Source: Ignavibacteria bacterium RIFOXYC2_FULL_35_21 (GTDB lineage Bacteria; Bacteroidota; Ignavibacteria; Kapaibacteriales; UBA2268). From it: 64,000 nucleotides of DNA. Positions 10,525 through 20,071 of the stretch are shown here, piece by piece (within the stretch, counting starts at the first letter, position 1; each line of letters starts with the position of its first letter). Location of the stretch: assembly GCA_001804705.1 (NCBI GenBank), contig MHAY01000005.1, positions 11,433 through 75,432 of the forward strand. The letters are read 5' to 3'. A program made the position numbers and the translations under genes. Under the pieces are notes generated by a model that was not told where the DNA came from, made no database searches, and worked only from the letters and a program-made list of their open reading frames with translations.

Positions 10525-10561
10525 TTCGATTTATTTATTAATAACTTAAAGAACAAAAAAA

Positions 10562-11917
10562 TTACTTCAACTGGTCAAGCACATCGCAGAAATAAACATC
10601 ATCCTGAATTAGTTTATTTGCAATATAGCTTTTAACCATATCGCGTAATTCCGCAATATTAATCTTCTCCAAAACTTCACTTGCAAAAGCATTCAGCAAC
10701 AAGGTCTTTGCCATTTCTTCACCTATTCCTCTTGAGCGGAGATAGAAAAGCGAATCGCGGTCGAGATAGCCCGATGTAGCACCATGACTACATTTCACGT
10801 CATCCGCGAAAATTTCAAGCTGTGGTTTAGTGTGAATCTTTGCATCATCTGTCAAAAGAATATTTCTGTTCGTCTGGAATGCATTCGTTTTCTGAGCATC
10901 GGGACGAACAATAATTTTTCCGTTGAAAACTACATTTGCTTTATCATTCAAAATACCCTTATAAACCTCGTTGCTATTGCAGTTTGGCTTTGCATGGTCA
11001 ATCAATGTGTGATTATCAACGAAACTGTTTCCACCGACAAAGTAAAGCCCATTGTAATTAGTTTCGCATGCTTCTGCATCAAGAAGTGAATTTAAATTAT
11101 TCCTGATATAATTCCCTTTCAGGGTAATTGTAGTCCCGGTGAAAATCGAACCTCGTTGCTGGCTGACTTGAGTAGTTCCTACATAATACGAATTTTCATT
11201 ATTGTTCTGAATGTTATAGTATTCGACATTTGATGAGAAATCCATTACGATTTCCGAAACCACATTATTGAAGCATGGTTGTGAACCTATTGTATGGCTC
11301 GTCTCGACAATTTTAAATTGACTGCACTCACCTGCGATTATCAGGTTTCTCGGCATTGTCAAAACAGATTGTTCTCTTGCATCGGTGATAAAAAGAAGTC
11401 TGATTGGTCTTTCGACAACTGTACCGTCAGGAATGAGTATGAACGCTCCATCCTGTGCAAAGGCAGTATTCAGTGCAGAAAAACCGTTATTGTTGTAATC
11501 AGCAAATTTTCCGAAATACGCAAGCAGCTCAACGCTGTTTCTTTCGATTGCTTCGGCAAAACTCCCTATTATTATATGCCTCTTCTTTGGTTTTACATCC
11601 GAAAGTCTGGCTGAATAGAATCCATTAACAAAAACAAGTAAATGCTCATCGAGATTTTCAAATTTATATTGATTGACAATTTCCTGTGTTATTTTCTCAT
11701 CGTTTCCATTTAGACTAAGTTCAAAATTATGATTGTGAACAAAGCCCGGATTGGAAAATTTCCACTCTTCATTTTTTGCAGTAGGGAAACCAATCAATTT
11801 AAATTTATCGAGAGCATCTTTCCTGATAGTGTGTACAGCCGAAAGCCTGCTACCATTCAGCTTATTTTCAAATTCATAAAAATTCGATAATATATTATTT
11901 ATTAATTCACCAGCCAT
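10562..11917 (-). CDS. sufD: Fe-S cluster assembly protein SufD
   Basis: 451-aa SufB/SufD-fold protein between sufC and sufS; C-terminal beta-helix region DDVKCSHGATSGYLDRDSLFYLRSRGI. Confidence 0.8.
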   Translation of the reverse strand: MAGELINNILSNFYEFENKLNGSRLSAVHTIRKDALDKFKLIGFPTAKNEEWKFSNPGFVHNHNFELSLNGNDEKITQEIVNQYKFENLDEHLLVFVNGFYSARLSDVKPKKRHIIIGSFAEAIERNSVELLAYFGKFADYNNNGFSALNTAFAQDGAFILIPDGTVVERPIRLLFITDAREQSVLTMPRNLIIAGECSQFKIVETSHTIGSQPCFNNVVSEIVMDFSSNVEYYNIQNNNENSYYVGTTQVSQQRGSIFTGTTITLKGNYIRNNLNSLLDAEACETNYNGLYFVGGNSFVDNHTLIDHAKPNCNSNEVYKGILNDKANVVFNGKIIVRPDAQKTNAFQTNRNILLTDDAKIHTKPQLEIFADDVKCSHGATSGYLDRDSLFYLRSRGIGEEMAKTLLLNAFASEVLEKINIAELRDMVKSYIANKLIQDDVYFCDVLDQLK

Positions 11918-11972
11918 ATCATTTTTCCTTAATTTGTCACCCTGAGCGTAGTCGAAGGGTCTAAATTAGTAA

Positions 11973-12731
11973 TTACATATCTATCTCTTTTTTAATCCAG
12001 TCATATCCCTTTTCTTCTAGTTCCAAAGCCAGCTTCTTTGTTCCCGATTTCACTATTTGTCCCTTGTAAAGAACGTGAACAAAATCGGGTATAATATAAT
12101 CCAGAAGCCGCTGATAATGAGTTATAACAACAAATGCATTATTCTCATTACTTAGCTTGTTGACACCATTTGCAACAATTTTAAGAGCATCAATGTCGAG
12201 CCCCGAGTCAGTCTCATCGAGTATTGCCAGCTTTGGCTGGAGCATAGCCATTTGAAAAATCTCGTTACGTTTTTTTTCTCCGCCGGAAAATCCTTCATTC
12301 ACTGAGCGATTCAGAAAAGTCTTGTCAATCTCTACGAGTTTAGCCTTTTCTCTCATCAATTGAAGGAAGTCCATCGCATCTAATGGTTCTTCATTCCTGA
12401 ATTTTCTCAATTCATTGAGTGCGGTTCTCATGAAGTTGGCATTAGACACACCGGGAATTTCCACGGGATATTGAAAGGCGAGGAAAATTCCTTCTCTTGC
12501 TCTTACTTCGGATGCCATGTCAAAAAGATTTTTTCCCATGTATGTAACACTTCCCTCTGTTACAATATAATCTTCTCTTCCGGCAAGAACATTTGCGAGT
12601 GTGCTTTTTCCTGAGCCGTTCGGGCCCATAATCGCATGAATCTCACCTGCATTGACTTCAAGGTTAATCCCTTTTATTATCTGGTTACCATTGATATTTA
12701 CTTTTAAATTTTCAATTTTTAATAACGACAT
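11973..12731 (-). CDS. sufC: Fe-S cluster assembly ATPase SufC
   Basis: Walker [14 protein letters not shown] signature [11 protein letters not shown], Walker [13 protein letters not shown], 252 aa. Confidence 0.9.
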   Translation of the reverse strand: MSLLKIENLKVNINGNQIIKGINLEVNAGEIHAIMGPNGSGKSTLANVLAGREDYIVTEGSVTYMGKNLFDMASEVRAREGIFLAFQYPVEIPGVSNANFMRTALNELRKFRNEEPLDAMDFLQLMREKAKLVEIDKTFLNRSVNEGFSGGEKKRNEIFQMAMLQPKLAILDETDSGLDIDALKIVANGVNKLSNENNAFVVITHYQRLLDYIIPDFVHVLYKGQIVKSGTKKLALELEEKGYDWIKKEIDM

Positions 12732-12833
12732 TATTTTTCCTGAATATATTATTAATTCAAAAAATATTTTGCTTTAAATTTATCAAACTTTTTAAAATTT
12801 CATTCGTAATTCGTAATTTATAATTCGTAATTA

Positions 12834-14279
12834 CTAACCAACGCTTCCTTCTAAGCTGATTGCAAGCAGTTTCTGTGCTTCTACTGCAAATTCCATTGGT
12901 AATTGATTCAGAACTTCCTTTGCATATCCATTCACAATCAACCCAACTGCATCCTCAGTTGATATACCTCTCTGGTTGCAGTAAAAAATAATATCGTCAG
13001 AAATTTTTGAAGTTGTTGCTTCATGCTCGACGACAGAACTTTTATTACCAATATCAATATATGGAAATGTATGTGCTCCGCATTTGTCACCAATTAAAAG
13101 CGAGTCGCATTGCGAATAATTCCTTGAATTTGTTGCTTTAGTGTTTACGCTAACAAGTCCTCTGTAACTATTCTGGCTTTTACCGGCAGAAATACCTTTT
13201 GAAACAATCCTGCTTTTAGTGTTTTTTCCCAAGTGCATCATCTTTGTTCCTGTGTCTGCCTGCTGATAATTATTTGTCAATGCAACAGAGTAAAATTCAC
13301 CGACCGAATTATCTCCTTTAAGGATACAGCTCGGATATTTCCATGTAATAGCAGAGCCAGTCTCAACCTGTGTCCAGGATATTTTAGAATTATCACCTCG
13401 GCACATTCCTCTTTTTGTTACGAAATTATAAATACCGCCTTTTCCTTCTTTATCACCCGGATACCAATTCTGCACTGTTGAGTATTTGATTTCAGCATTT
13501 TTTTCTGCTATCAATTCCACGACTGCTGCATGAAGCTGGTTCTCATCACGCATTGGTGCTGAGCATCCCTCAAGGTAACTCACATAAGCTCCTTCCTCAG
13601 CTACTATCAAAGTTCTCTCAAACTGTCCTGATGATTTTGCATTTATTCTAAAATATGTTGATAGTTCCATCGGGCATCTTACACCTTTCGGTATATAGCA
13701 AAATGAGCCGTCACTGAAAACGGCAGAATTCAAAGCCGCAAAATAATTATCGGTTGATGGTACAACCGTTCCAATATATTTTTCAATTAAATCAGGATGG
13801 TTTTGAACTGCATCGCTCATTGAACAAAAAATAATACCAAGCTCAGATAACTTGCCTTTGAATGTTGTTGCAACGGAAACGCTGTCAAGTACAGCATCAA
13901 CTGCAATACCTGCAAGCTTTTGCTGTTCGGCAAGTGGAATGCCAAGTTTCTCAAAAGTTTTTCTGATTTCAGGGTCAACTTCCTCCAGGCTTTTTGGTCC
14001 CTCCGATGAATTCTTTGGCGCTGCATAATAATATATATCCTGGTAATCGATAGGTGGATACTTAACATTTGCCCATTCAGGCTCCTTCATTTTCAACCAG
14101 TACCTGTAAGCTTTCAGTCTCCAGTCAAGCATAAATTTCGGTTCTTTTTTCTTCTCGGATATAAACCTGACTGTATCTTCACTCAATCCTTTAGGAGCAG
14201 TGTCATTTTCAATATCAGAAATAAATCCATACTTGTAATCACTTAATGTTATTTGCTCGACTATGTTTACATCTTCCAT
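12834..14279 (-). CDS. sufB: Fe-S cluster assembly scaffold SufB
   Basis: 481 aa, SufB-type C-terminal region (...[29 protein letters not shown]...) and position as first structural gene after the Rrf2 regulator. Confidence 0.88.
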   Translation of the reverse strand: MEDVNIVEQITLSDYKYGFISDIENDTAPKGLSEDTVRFISEKKKEPKFMLDWRLKAYRYWLKMKEPEWANVKYPPIDYQDIYYYAAPKNSSEGPKSLEEVDPEIRKTFEKLGIPLAEQQKLAGIAVDAVLDSVSVATTFKGKLSELGIIFCSMSDAVQNHPDLIEKYIGTVVPSTDNYFAALNSAVFSDGSFCYIPKGVRCPMELSTYFRINAKSSGQFERTLIVAEEGAYVSYLEGCSAPMRDENQLHAAVVELIAEKNAEIKYSTVQNWYPGDKEGKGGIYNFVTKRGMCRGDNSKISWTQVETGSAITWKYPSCILKGDNSVGEFYSVALTNNYQQADTGTKMMHLGKNTKSRIVSKGISAGKSQNSYRGLVSVNTKATNSRNYSQCDSLLIGDKCGAHTFPYIDIGNKSSVVEHEATTSKISDDIIFYCNQRGISTEDAVGLIVNGYAKEVLNQLPMEFAVEAQKLLAISLEGSVG

Positions 14280-14438
14280 ATTTTCACCTTTAAAAGTTTT
14301 ATGAATACTTAAAAGGAATCACCCATCCCAACTGTTCTTTACATACATATCTATTTCCAATGGGCAGACACATAGGTCTGTCCCAACATTTTGCATTTTA
14401 CATTTTACATTTTGCATTCTAGATTCTACATTTATTCA

Positions 14439-14846
14439 CTAATTCGCCGCTATTTCTTCTATCGTCGTTGTACCGAATACCTGCATTACTTTTGATTGAA
14501 GTCTTTCCATCGGGTTCTTGATTGTACAGTTAGGTGACCTGTCGCAAACCAAGCCTTTACTCGAAACAAAGCAATCAAGAAAAGATGCCTTCCCTTCCAA
14601 TGCGATGATAATGTCTTTAACAGTTAAATCAGAAGGCTTTTTGCTAAGCACATATCCACCTTTGATACCCTGTTGAGATTGTATTAATCCCTTTTTCATT
14701 AATTGCTGTAAAGTTTTAGAAAGAAATTCATATGGAATACCCATCTGTTCTGATATTTCCTTTGCAGAAATAATCTTATCAGAATGTATTGCTATGTATT
14801 GCAATGCAAGAATTCCGTACTCTATTTTCTTTGATAACTTTATCAT
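14439..14846 (-). CDS. Rrf2-family transcriptional regulator (IscR-like, with a Cys-rich cluster-ligand region)
   Basis: N-terminal winged-helix MIKLSKKIEYGILALQYIAIHS...ISAKEISEQMGIPYEFLSKTLQQL, plus CFVSSKGLVCDRSPNC cysteine triad; first gene of the suf operon. Confidence 0.8.
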   Translation of the reverse strand: MIKLSKKIEYGILALQYIAIHSDKIISAKEISEQMGIPYEFLSKTLQQLMKKGLIQSQQGIKGGYVLSKKPSDLTVKDIIIALEGKASFLDCFVSSKGLVCDRSPNCTIKNPMERLQSKVMQVFGTTTIEEIAAN

Positions 14847-15100
14847 AAATTAAATTTTTATTGATTTTCCCCCTTTGTAAAAGGGGGATTAAGGGGGATT
14901 TAAATTTACCCAAATCAAATAACGATTATTATATCCGACTATTGTAATCCGATTTTTCCATTTATCTAATTCAAATTATTTTTTTTATGTAAATTAATTA
15001 TCATTTGAGGTTATTATTTTCATTTTAATTCAGCACTTAGCACTAAAAACTCAACACTATTCACTATTCGTTATTCACTTTTCACTATAATTGAGGGGGA

Positions 15101-17104
15101 TTATTTTATCGGCATTTCGAGAGTGATATTAACAGTTCTGCAATAAAACCTGCCTTCAGGTAAGCTATTGTCATACAAAAGACTTTCCTCGCCAATACCA
15201 ATAATATCGGCATCTTCTATTCCCAGTAACTTAGCTGCTTCTTTTGCTCTTTTTGTTGCTATTTGCTTATTTGTTGCAAAATTCCCGATTTTATCCGTAT
15301 ATCCTGTAACTGTAACTTTTGCATCGGGGTTTATCCTCCTTTTTATATAATCAATTATATTTGAATGTTCCTCTAACAAATTAGTCTTTCCGAAATTGAA
15401 AAGAATCAATCTATAATATTCGACATTTTTACCAACCAATCCTTCCTGCCTTTTCTTTTCGATAGTAACTTTTTCAAGTGGAATTTTTTTTAATCTCGAT
15501 TGTATTGAATCTCCATCATTGTCATTTACAGTTAACCTATACATTATTTCGTTTACTGCTTCAATATTAAGAAAATCTTTTTCGGTTGGAGTCCATTCTA
15601 CAGAATTAGGTATTTGTCCCTTACCTTCGATTGTTTCAATCAGGTTATTACCGGTAGAAATTTCGATTTTCCATTTCTCAATTTCTGACGGATTTGTCAC
15701 AATGGGGTAGAACCTGAATTTCACTTTTTCAGGATTGGGAATTGTATCGAGTGTCAAAATCGGTTCAAGTATTGATTTGTTAGAAGGCAGAATCTCAACT
15801 CTTCTGTTTTCTTCCCAGGCATCATATTCTTTTGGTGTTGAATAATCTTCAGGCAAATTCCTCGCTTCAACTCCAAGTTGCTCTTCCGGGATTTTCCAAA
15901 TATCCGTAAAATAGGTTTTGACAGCTTCGGCTCTTGCAAGGGATAATTCTTTGTTGTCTTTTTCCCTGCCTATACCCGAATTTGTACCTATTAGTTTTAT
16001 ATGATAATCCGGATTATCATATAATTTTTTTCCTACCAAATTTAATATTTGGTAATAGGTTTGCATTGCATCTAAGTCGTGTATTGATTTCAAATTAAAG
16101 TCCCGGGCTTGTTCGGTTGTCAGTTTTATGTATCGTTCCGGTATCTCGGAAGAAACTTTATCGAAGAAAATATAGTTCAGGAGAGGCCTCATATTGAGGG
16201 TAACAATGTCCTCGAGTTTCAGATACAACAAGCTGAGTTCATTATTATTACTGTCCAATTTTATTGCTGTTATATCGACATCTGTTTTCTGAGGAGCTGG
16301 AAATTCAGGTAACACCGGTAAGGGCGGGGGAGAAGGAGGTATTGACATTGGTTTGGTTTCGCTGAACATTTTTCCTGCGATTGATACGCCTAAAGTCAGA
16401 GAGTTAGTTTTCCAGTTAATATCAGTTGCAATATTTGTAAAATGAAAAATATAATTTATCTCAGGTGATAAATACCAGTCTGAATAACTATCGAGAGGAA
16501 ATTTATAGGCTAATCCGAGTTTTATTCCGGCTTGAAATGAATTTACATCGGGTATTTTTCCGGATGTATCATTCCTGGTTCTTCTTCCATTATTGAAAGT
16601 CCCCCTGTTTTCCGGTTTTACTAATTGTTCATAGCTGTCATATTTACCCGATATTAAAAAGCCTAAACTTAATCCTGCTGAAGCATTAAAATTATTTGTG
16701 ATTTTATATCCTGCAGTTGGTTCCAAAGAAATTATATGAATATCTGATTTAAGATTATAGTCAAAAATTCCTTCCTGAGATTCACCATCAATAATTAAAT
16801 TAATGGATTCGGATTCGTTCATCAATCCTGAATAATAATAATATAATAATCTTGTATCAATAAAGGCATCCTGTGAAATATTAAATTTCAAAAGGGGGCC
16901 AAAAGAAAAAGCTGTCCCTGAACCGCCTGAATAATTAGGACAGCAGCTTGATACACCCGGTAAATTTTGAAAGTTTGCAACCTGGAATGATAAGCCATAT
17001 GCTCCCGAAATTCCGATTTCAGGTTTTGAAAACAAGCCTGCAGAATAAACTTGTAGGTATGATAGAACAACTATAATATATATTAAAACAATTCTTTTCG
17101 ACAT
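15101..17104 (-). CDS. OmpA-family outer-membrane protein (N-terminal beta-rich region and two OmpA-like peptidoglycan-binding segments)
   Basis: Signal peptide MSKRIVLIYIIVVLSYLQVYSAG; OmpA-C-like motifs LSLARAEAVKTYF and TGYTDKIGNFATNKQIATKRAKEAAKLL. Confidence 0.65.
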   Translation of the reverse strand: MSKRIVLIYIIVVLSYLQVYSAGLFSKPEIGISGAYGLSFQVANFQNLPGVSSCCPNYSGGSGTAFSFGPLLKFNISQDAFIDTRLLYYYYSGLMNESESINLIIDGESQEGIFDYNLKSDIHIISLEPTAGYKITNNFNASAGLSLGFLISGKYDSYEQLVKPENRGTFNNGRRTRNDTSGKIPDVNSFQAGIKLGLAYKFPLDSYSDWYLSPEINYIFHFTNIATDINWKTNSLTLGVSIAGKMFSETKPMSIPPSPPPLPVLPEFPAPQKTDVDITAIKLDSNNNELSLLYLKLEDIVTLNMRPLLNYIFFDKVSSEIPERYIKLTTEQARDFNLKSIHDLDAMQTYYQILNLVGKKLYDNPDYHIKLIGTNSGIGREKDNKELSLARAEAVKTYFTDIWKIPEEQLGVEARNLPEDYSTPKEYDAWEENRRVEILPSNKSILEPILTLDTIPNPEKVKFRFYPIVTNPSEIEKWKIEISTGNNLIETIEGKGQIPNSVEWTPTEKDFLNIEAVNEIMYRLTVNDNDGDSIQSRLKKIPLEKVTIEKKRQEGLVGKNVEYYRLILFNFGKTNLLEEHSNIIDYIKRRINPDAKVTVTGYTDKIGNFATNKQIATKRAKEAAKLLGIEDADIIGIGEESLLYDNSLPEGRFYCRTVNITLEMPIK

Positions 17105-17259
17105 TATTTAAAATGAAAATTTAACAATCAGGCAAAATTATGAAACAGAAATTAGCAATTTCTGTTCTTTTTTCTGTAACATTATTGATTTAGAATAAAT
17201 ATTTCTCAAATTTGTATAATTAAGAGTTATCAATTAGATAAATAATTAAAGGAAAGTTT

Positions 17260-18492
17260 ATGAAACGGTTAACCTATATTATCGGTATTTTAATATTCAT
17301 TTTTATTATTAATACAAGTGTTCATTCGCAGGAGCCAAAGTTAGACAAAGGAATTTTTATTGAACATAAGAATGAATTTTGGGATACAATTAAAAAAGCA
17401 TCTGATGAATTCAATAAACCAAAAAAGGACGAGAAGAAAACTTTCAGAATGGATTTAACGGGTTATGACCTTCCCAAATCAACAAAAGAATTTACAATCT
17501 TCAAGCATACACCCCCTGTTTCTCAGGGCTGGACAGGCACTTGCTGGTGCTTTTCCGGTACATCCTATTTGGAGTCAGAGTATCAAAGACTTCAGAACAA
17601 AGAAATAAAACTATCAGAAATTTTCACTGTTTATTGGGAATATGTAGAAAAAGCCAGAAGATTTGTCCGTGAAAGAGGTAATTCACATTTCGGGGAAGGC
17701 TCTCAGGCAAATGCTGTTCTCAAAATTTGGAAGCAATACGGGTGTGTGTCTGAAGATGATTACACAGGATTACTTCCCGAACAGAAATTCCACGACCATC
17801 ACATTATGTTTGATGAATTAGAAAAATTCCTTCAATCTGTAAAGGTAAACAGTGCATGGAATGAAGATGTTGTCATAGCTACGGTCAAGACGATTTTGAA
17901 CCATTACCTTGGAGAACCACCTAAAGAAGTTCTTGCACAGGGAGCGAAAATCACACCGAAAGAATATCTTGATAATGTCGTAAAAATTAATCCGAATGAC
18001 TATGTTGATATAATGTCATTGATGGAAAAACCCTATTGGGAGCAGGTTGAGTACGAAGTTCCGGACAATTGGTGGCATGCAAAAGTATATTGCAATATTC
18101 CGTTAGATGACTATATGAAAACTCTTAAAGAGGTAGTTAAGAAAGGTTATACAGTAGCTATAGGCGGTGATGTATCTGAAGCCGGTTATATCTCCAAATC
18201 CGAAGTTGCTATGGTACCAGCATTCGACATCCCATCAGATTACATAAACGAATCTGCCCGGCAGTTCAGGTTCAGCAACGGCTCAACAACCGATGACCAC
18301 GGTGTTCACATTGTCGGATTCAAAGAAAAGGACGGTAAAATGTGGTTTCTTATTAAGGATTCAGGTAGCGGAGCCCAAAGCCACACAAATAAGGGCTATT
18401 ATTTTTATCACGAGGATTATATAAAATTGAAAATTATGTCTTTCACAGTTCATCGCTCTGCAGTCGAGGATTTATTAAAGAAATTTAAATAA
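17260..18492 (+). CDS. Secreted papain-family (C1) cysteine peptidase, aminopeptidase C/bleomycin hydrolase-like
   Basis: Signal peptide; active-site region QGWTGTCWCFSGTSYLESEY (Q...CW catalytic Cys motif); catalytic His region DHGVHIVGF. Confidence 0.7.
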   Translation: MKRLTYIIGILIFIFIINTSVHSQEPKLDKGIFIEHKNEFWDTIKKASDEFNKPKKDEKKTFRMDLTGYDLPKSTKEFTIFKHTPPVSQGWTGTCWCFSGTSYLESEYQRLQNKEIKLSEIFTVYWEYVEKARRFVRERGNSHFGEGSQANAVLKIWKQYGCVSEDDYTGLLPEQKFHDHHIMFDELEKFLQSVKVNSAWNEDVVIATVKTILNHYLGEPPKEVLAQGAKITPKEYLDNVVKINPNDYVDIMSLMEKPYWEQVEYEVPDNWWHAKVYCNIPLDDYMKTLKEVVKKGYTVAIGGDVSEAGYISKSEVAMVPAFDIPSDYINESARQFRFSNGSTTDDHGVHIVGFKEKDGKMWFLIKDSGSGAQSHTNKGYYFYHEDYIKLKIMSFTVHRSAVEDLLKKFK

Positions 18493-18512
18493 AAATTATG
18501 AGAGTAACAGGG

Positions 18513-18728
18513 ATGAATAGCCCCTATCTTCAGATAGGGGGAATGTAATGAACCTAACCACATGACTTTAGTCACTAATATTTTGGAAGGATGAATAGCC
18601 CCTATCTTCAGATAGGGGGAATGTAATGAACCTAACCACATGACTTTAGTCACTAATATTTTGTAAGGTGATAAATCCTAATATTTAGCGAGAACCTTGA
18701 CCACTACTTAAAAGTAGTGGCTATTCAT
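18513..18728. mobile_element. MITE-like element with an internal ~78-bp tandem duplication (same family as 10393-10524)
   Basis: gaatagcccctatcttcagatagggggaatgtaatgaacctaaccacatgactttagtcactaatatttt occurs twice in tandem, then ccactacttaaaagtagtggctattcat; ATGAATAGCC/GGCTATTCAT terminal inverted repeats. Confidence 0.45.
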
Positions 18729-18796
18729 CATATAAATAAAAAAAAACTGCATCCTAAAGGGTACAGTTCTTTTCATTAACAATTGTTTAAATAATT

Positions 18797-19063
18797 TTAT
18801 CTAAGACTATCCAATAATTCTCTATTATATTTATTGACTGCTGTAACTCCCCATATCACACATATTAAATGTATGACTGGGGCTAAGAATAATCCTATAA
18901 TTAAAAAACATAACCAGAAATTAATAAATTCAATAATTGACATAATTATACCGCCTTTTACTGTGGAATACAATAAACCAAATCCACCAAAGAATATTGT
19001 TAATAAAACACTAACAGCTACATTTTTCGTTGGAGCATTAACCATAATTCTAGTTTCACTCAT
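18797..19063 (-). CDS. Small two-TM membrane protein, possibly TM2-domain family
   Basis: 88 aa, two hydrophobic helices with FFGGFGLLYS glycine-rich motif; the overlapping + strand ORF is not protein-like. Confidence 0.4.
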   Translation of the reverse strand: MSETRIMVNAPTKNVAVSVLLTIFFGGFGLLYSTVKGGIIMSIIEFINFWLCFLIIGLFLAPVIHLICVIWGVTAVNKYNRELLDSLR

Positions 19064-19100
19064 ATTATCCTCTTTTTAAATAAATTATATTTAAATTCAT

Positions 19101-19134
19101 TAAAAAAAAATTTATGGGGAGTGGATACCCCCCA
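19101..19134 (-). terminator. Rho-independent terminator for the DUF4389 gene on the minus strand
   Basis: Read on the minus strand: stem ATGGGG(G)/CCCCAT (from plus-strand atggggagtggataccccccat) followed by a T9 run. Confidence 0.55.
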
Positions 19135-19162
19135 TAAAAAAGTAAAAAAGATTTTCTAATAA

Positions 19163-19753
19163 CTATTTTCCACTGAACGGCGGATATACATCGCAATAGA
19201 AGAAATACAATTCAACCCTATTAAGCCAGCGATAATATCCTTCAACAAAATGAAACCATTTTTCCGGGTATTTCCCTGTAAATAATATTACCCACCAAGC
19301 AATGAACATAAGAATACTTGCCCAAATTCCAACAAAAATTAAACATACATAATGAGGAATCATTACATAAGCCCAACCGAATAATCCTTTCAGAATTACT
19401 TTTCCCAGACTTAATGTGGCAGGATATTCCAATTCATAAGTTATGGGATCACCTTCGTAAGTATCAGTTGTAAATTTTGGATATTTATCTGTCATATAAA
19501 CTAAATAAGCACATAGTCGCATATACCAACGATTTACACCGATATAAAAATCGAACATACTTTTAGGTATTTTGCCAGTGAATAAGATAATCCAGAAGGA
19601 AGCAAACCACACATATACTTGAGCTAATACTAAAAATGGTAGGGCAAAAAAGTGTGGAATTAAAACATATGCCCACGCAAAAAATAACCTAAGAAACAAG
19701 GTTCCTCTTGACAATTTCTCAGGATATTCAATTGAAAACTTAAACGGATACAT
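19163..19753 (-). CDS. DUF4389-like integral membrane protein built from two internal repeats
   Basis: Two homologous halves (LFFAWAYVLIPHFFALPFLVL...ILFTGKIPKSMFDF / LFGWAYVMIPHYVCLIFVGI...ILFTGKYPEKWFHF). Confidence 0.55.
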   Translation of the reverse strand: MYPFKFSIEYPEKLSRGTLFLRLFFAWAYVLIPHFFALPFLVLAQVYVWFASFWIILFTGKIPKSMFDFYIGVNRWYMRLCAYLVYMTDKYPKFTTDTYEGDPITYELEYPATLSLGKVILKGLFGWAYVMIPHYVCLIFVGIWASILMFIAWWVILFTGKYPEKWFHFVEGYYRWLNRVELYFFYCDVYPPFSGK

Positions 19754-20071
19754 ATAGAGCTCCTCTAATTAGTGAAAGAATATTTTTGTGAAGGATAATT
19801 ATTTATCATAACATTAACGATTATTTTTAATTAATTATGATTTTTCTTCATATTTTTTACACATTATTCTTAATGCAGGACTGAATTTGTATCTATTATT
19901 AATTTCATTTAATAATTCATTAAGCAAAGATTAATTATTTTTTACCTAACCCGTAAACATCTTCATTTTTAAACTAAAAAATATATTCTTAAAAAACAAG
20001 GAAAAACTTTTTTTATTTCCCCCTTTCCTTAATGAGTATTTATTTTTCCCCTTTTCTAATAGGAGAAAAAA

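Noticed and set aside
18450-18653. 67-aa minus-strand ORF with internal duplicated TKVMWLGSLHSPYLKIGAIHP
   Set aside because: It lies wholly inside the tandemly duplicated MITE-like repeat. The internal duplication mirrors the DNA repeat, so it is not a plausible protein.
18834-19079. + strand 81-aa ORF overlapping the TM2-like gene
   Set aside because: Its translation is low-complexity (Ile/Asn/Lys-rich) with no hydrophobic-helix logic. The minus-strand frame gives a coherent two-TM protein.
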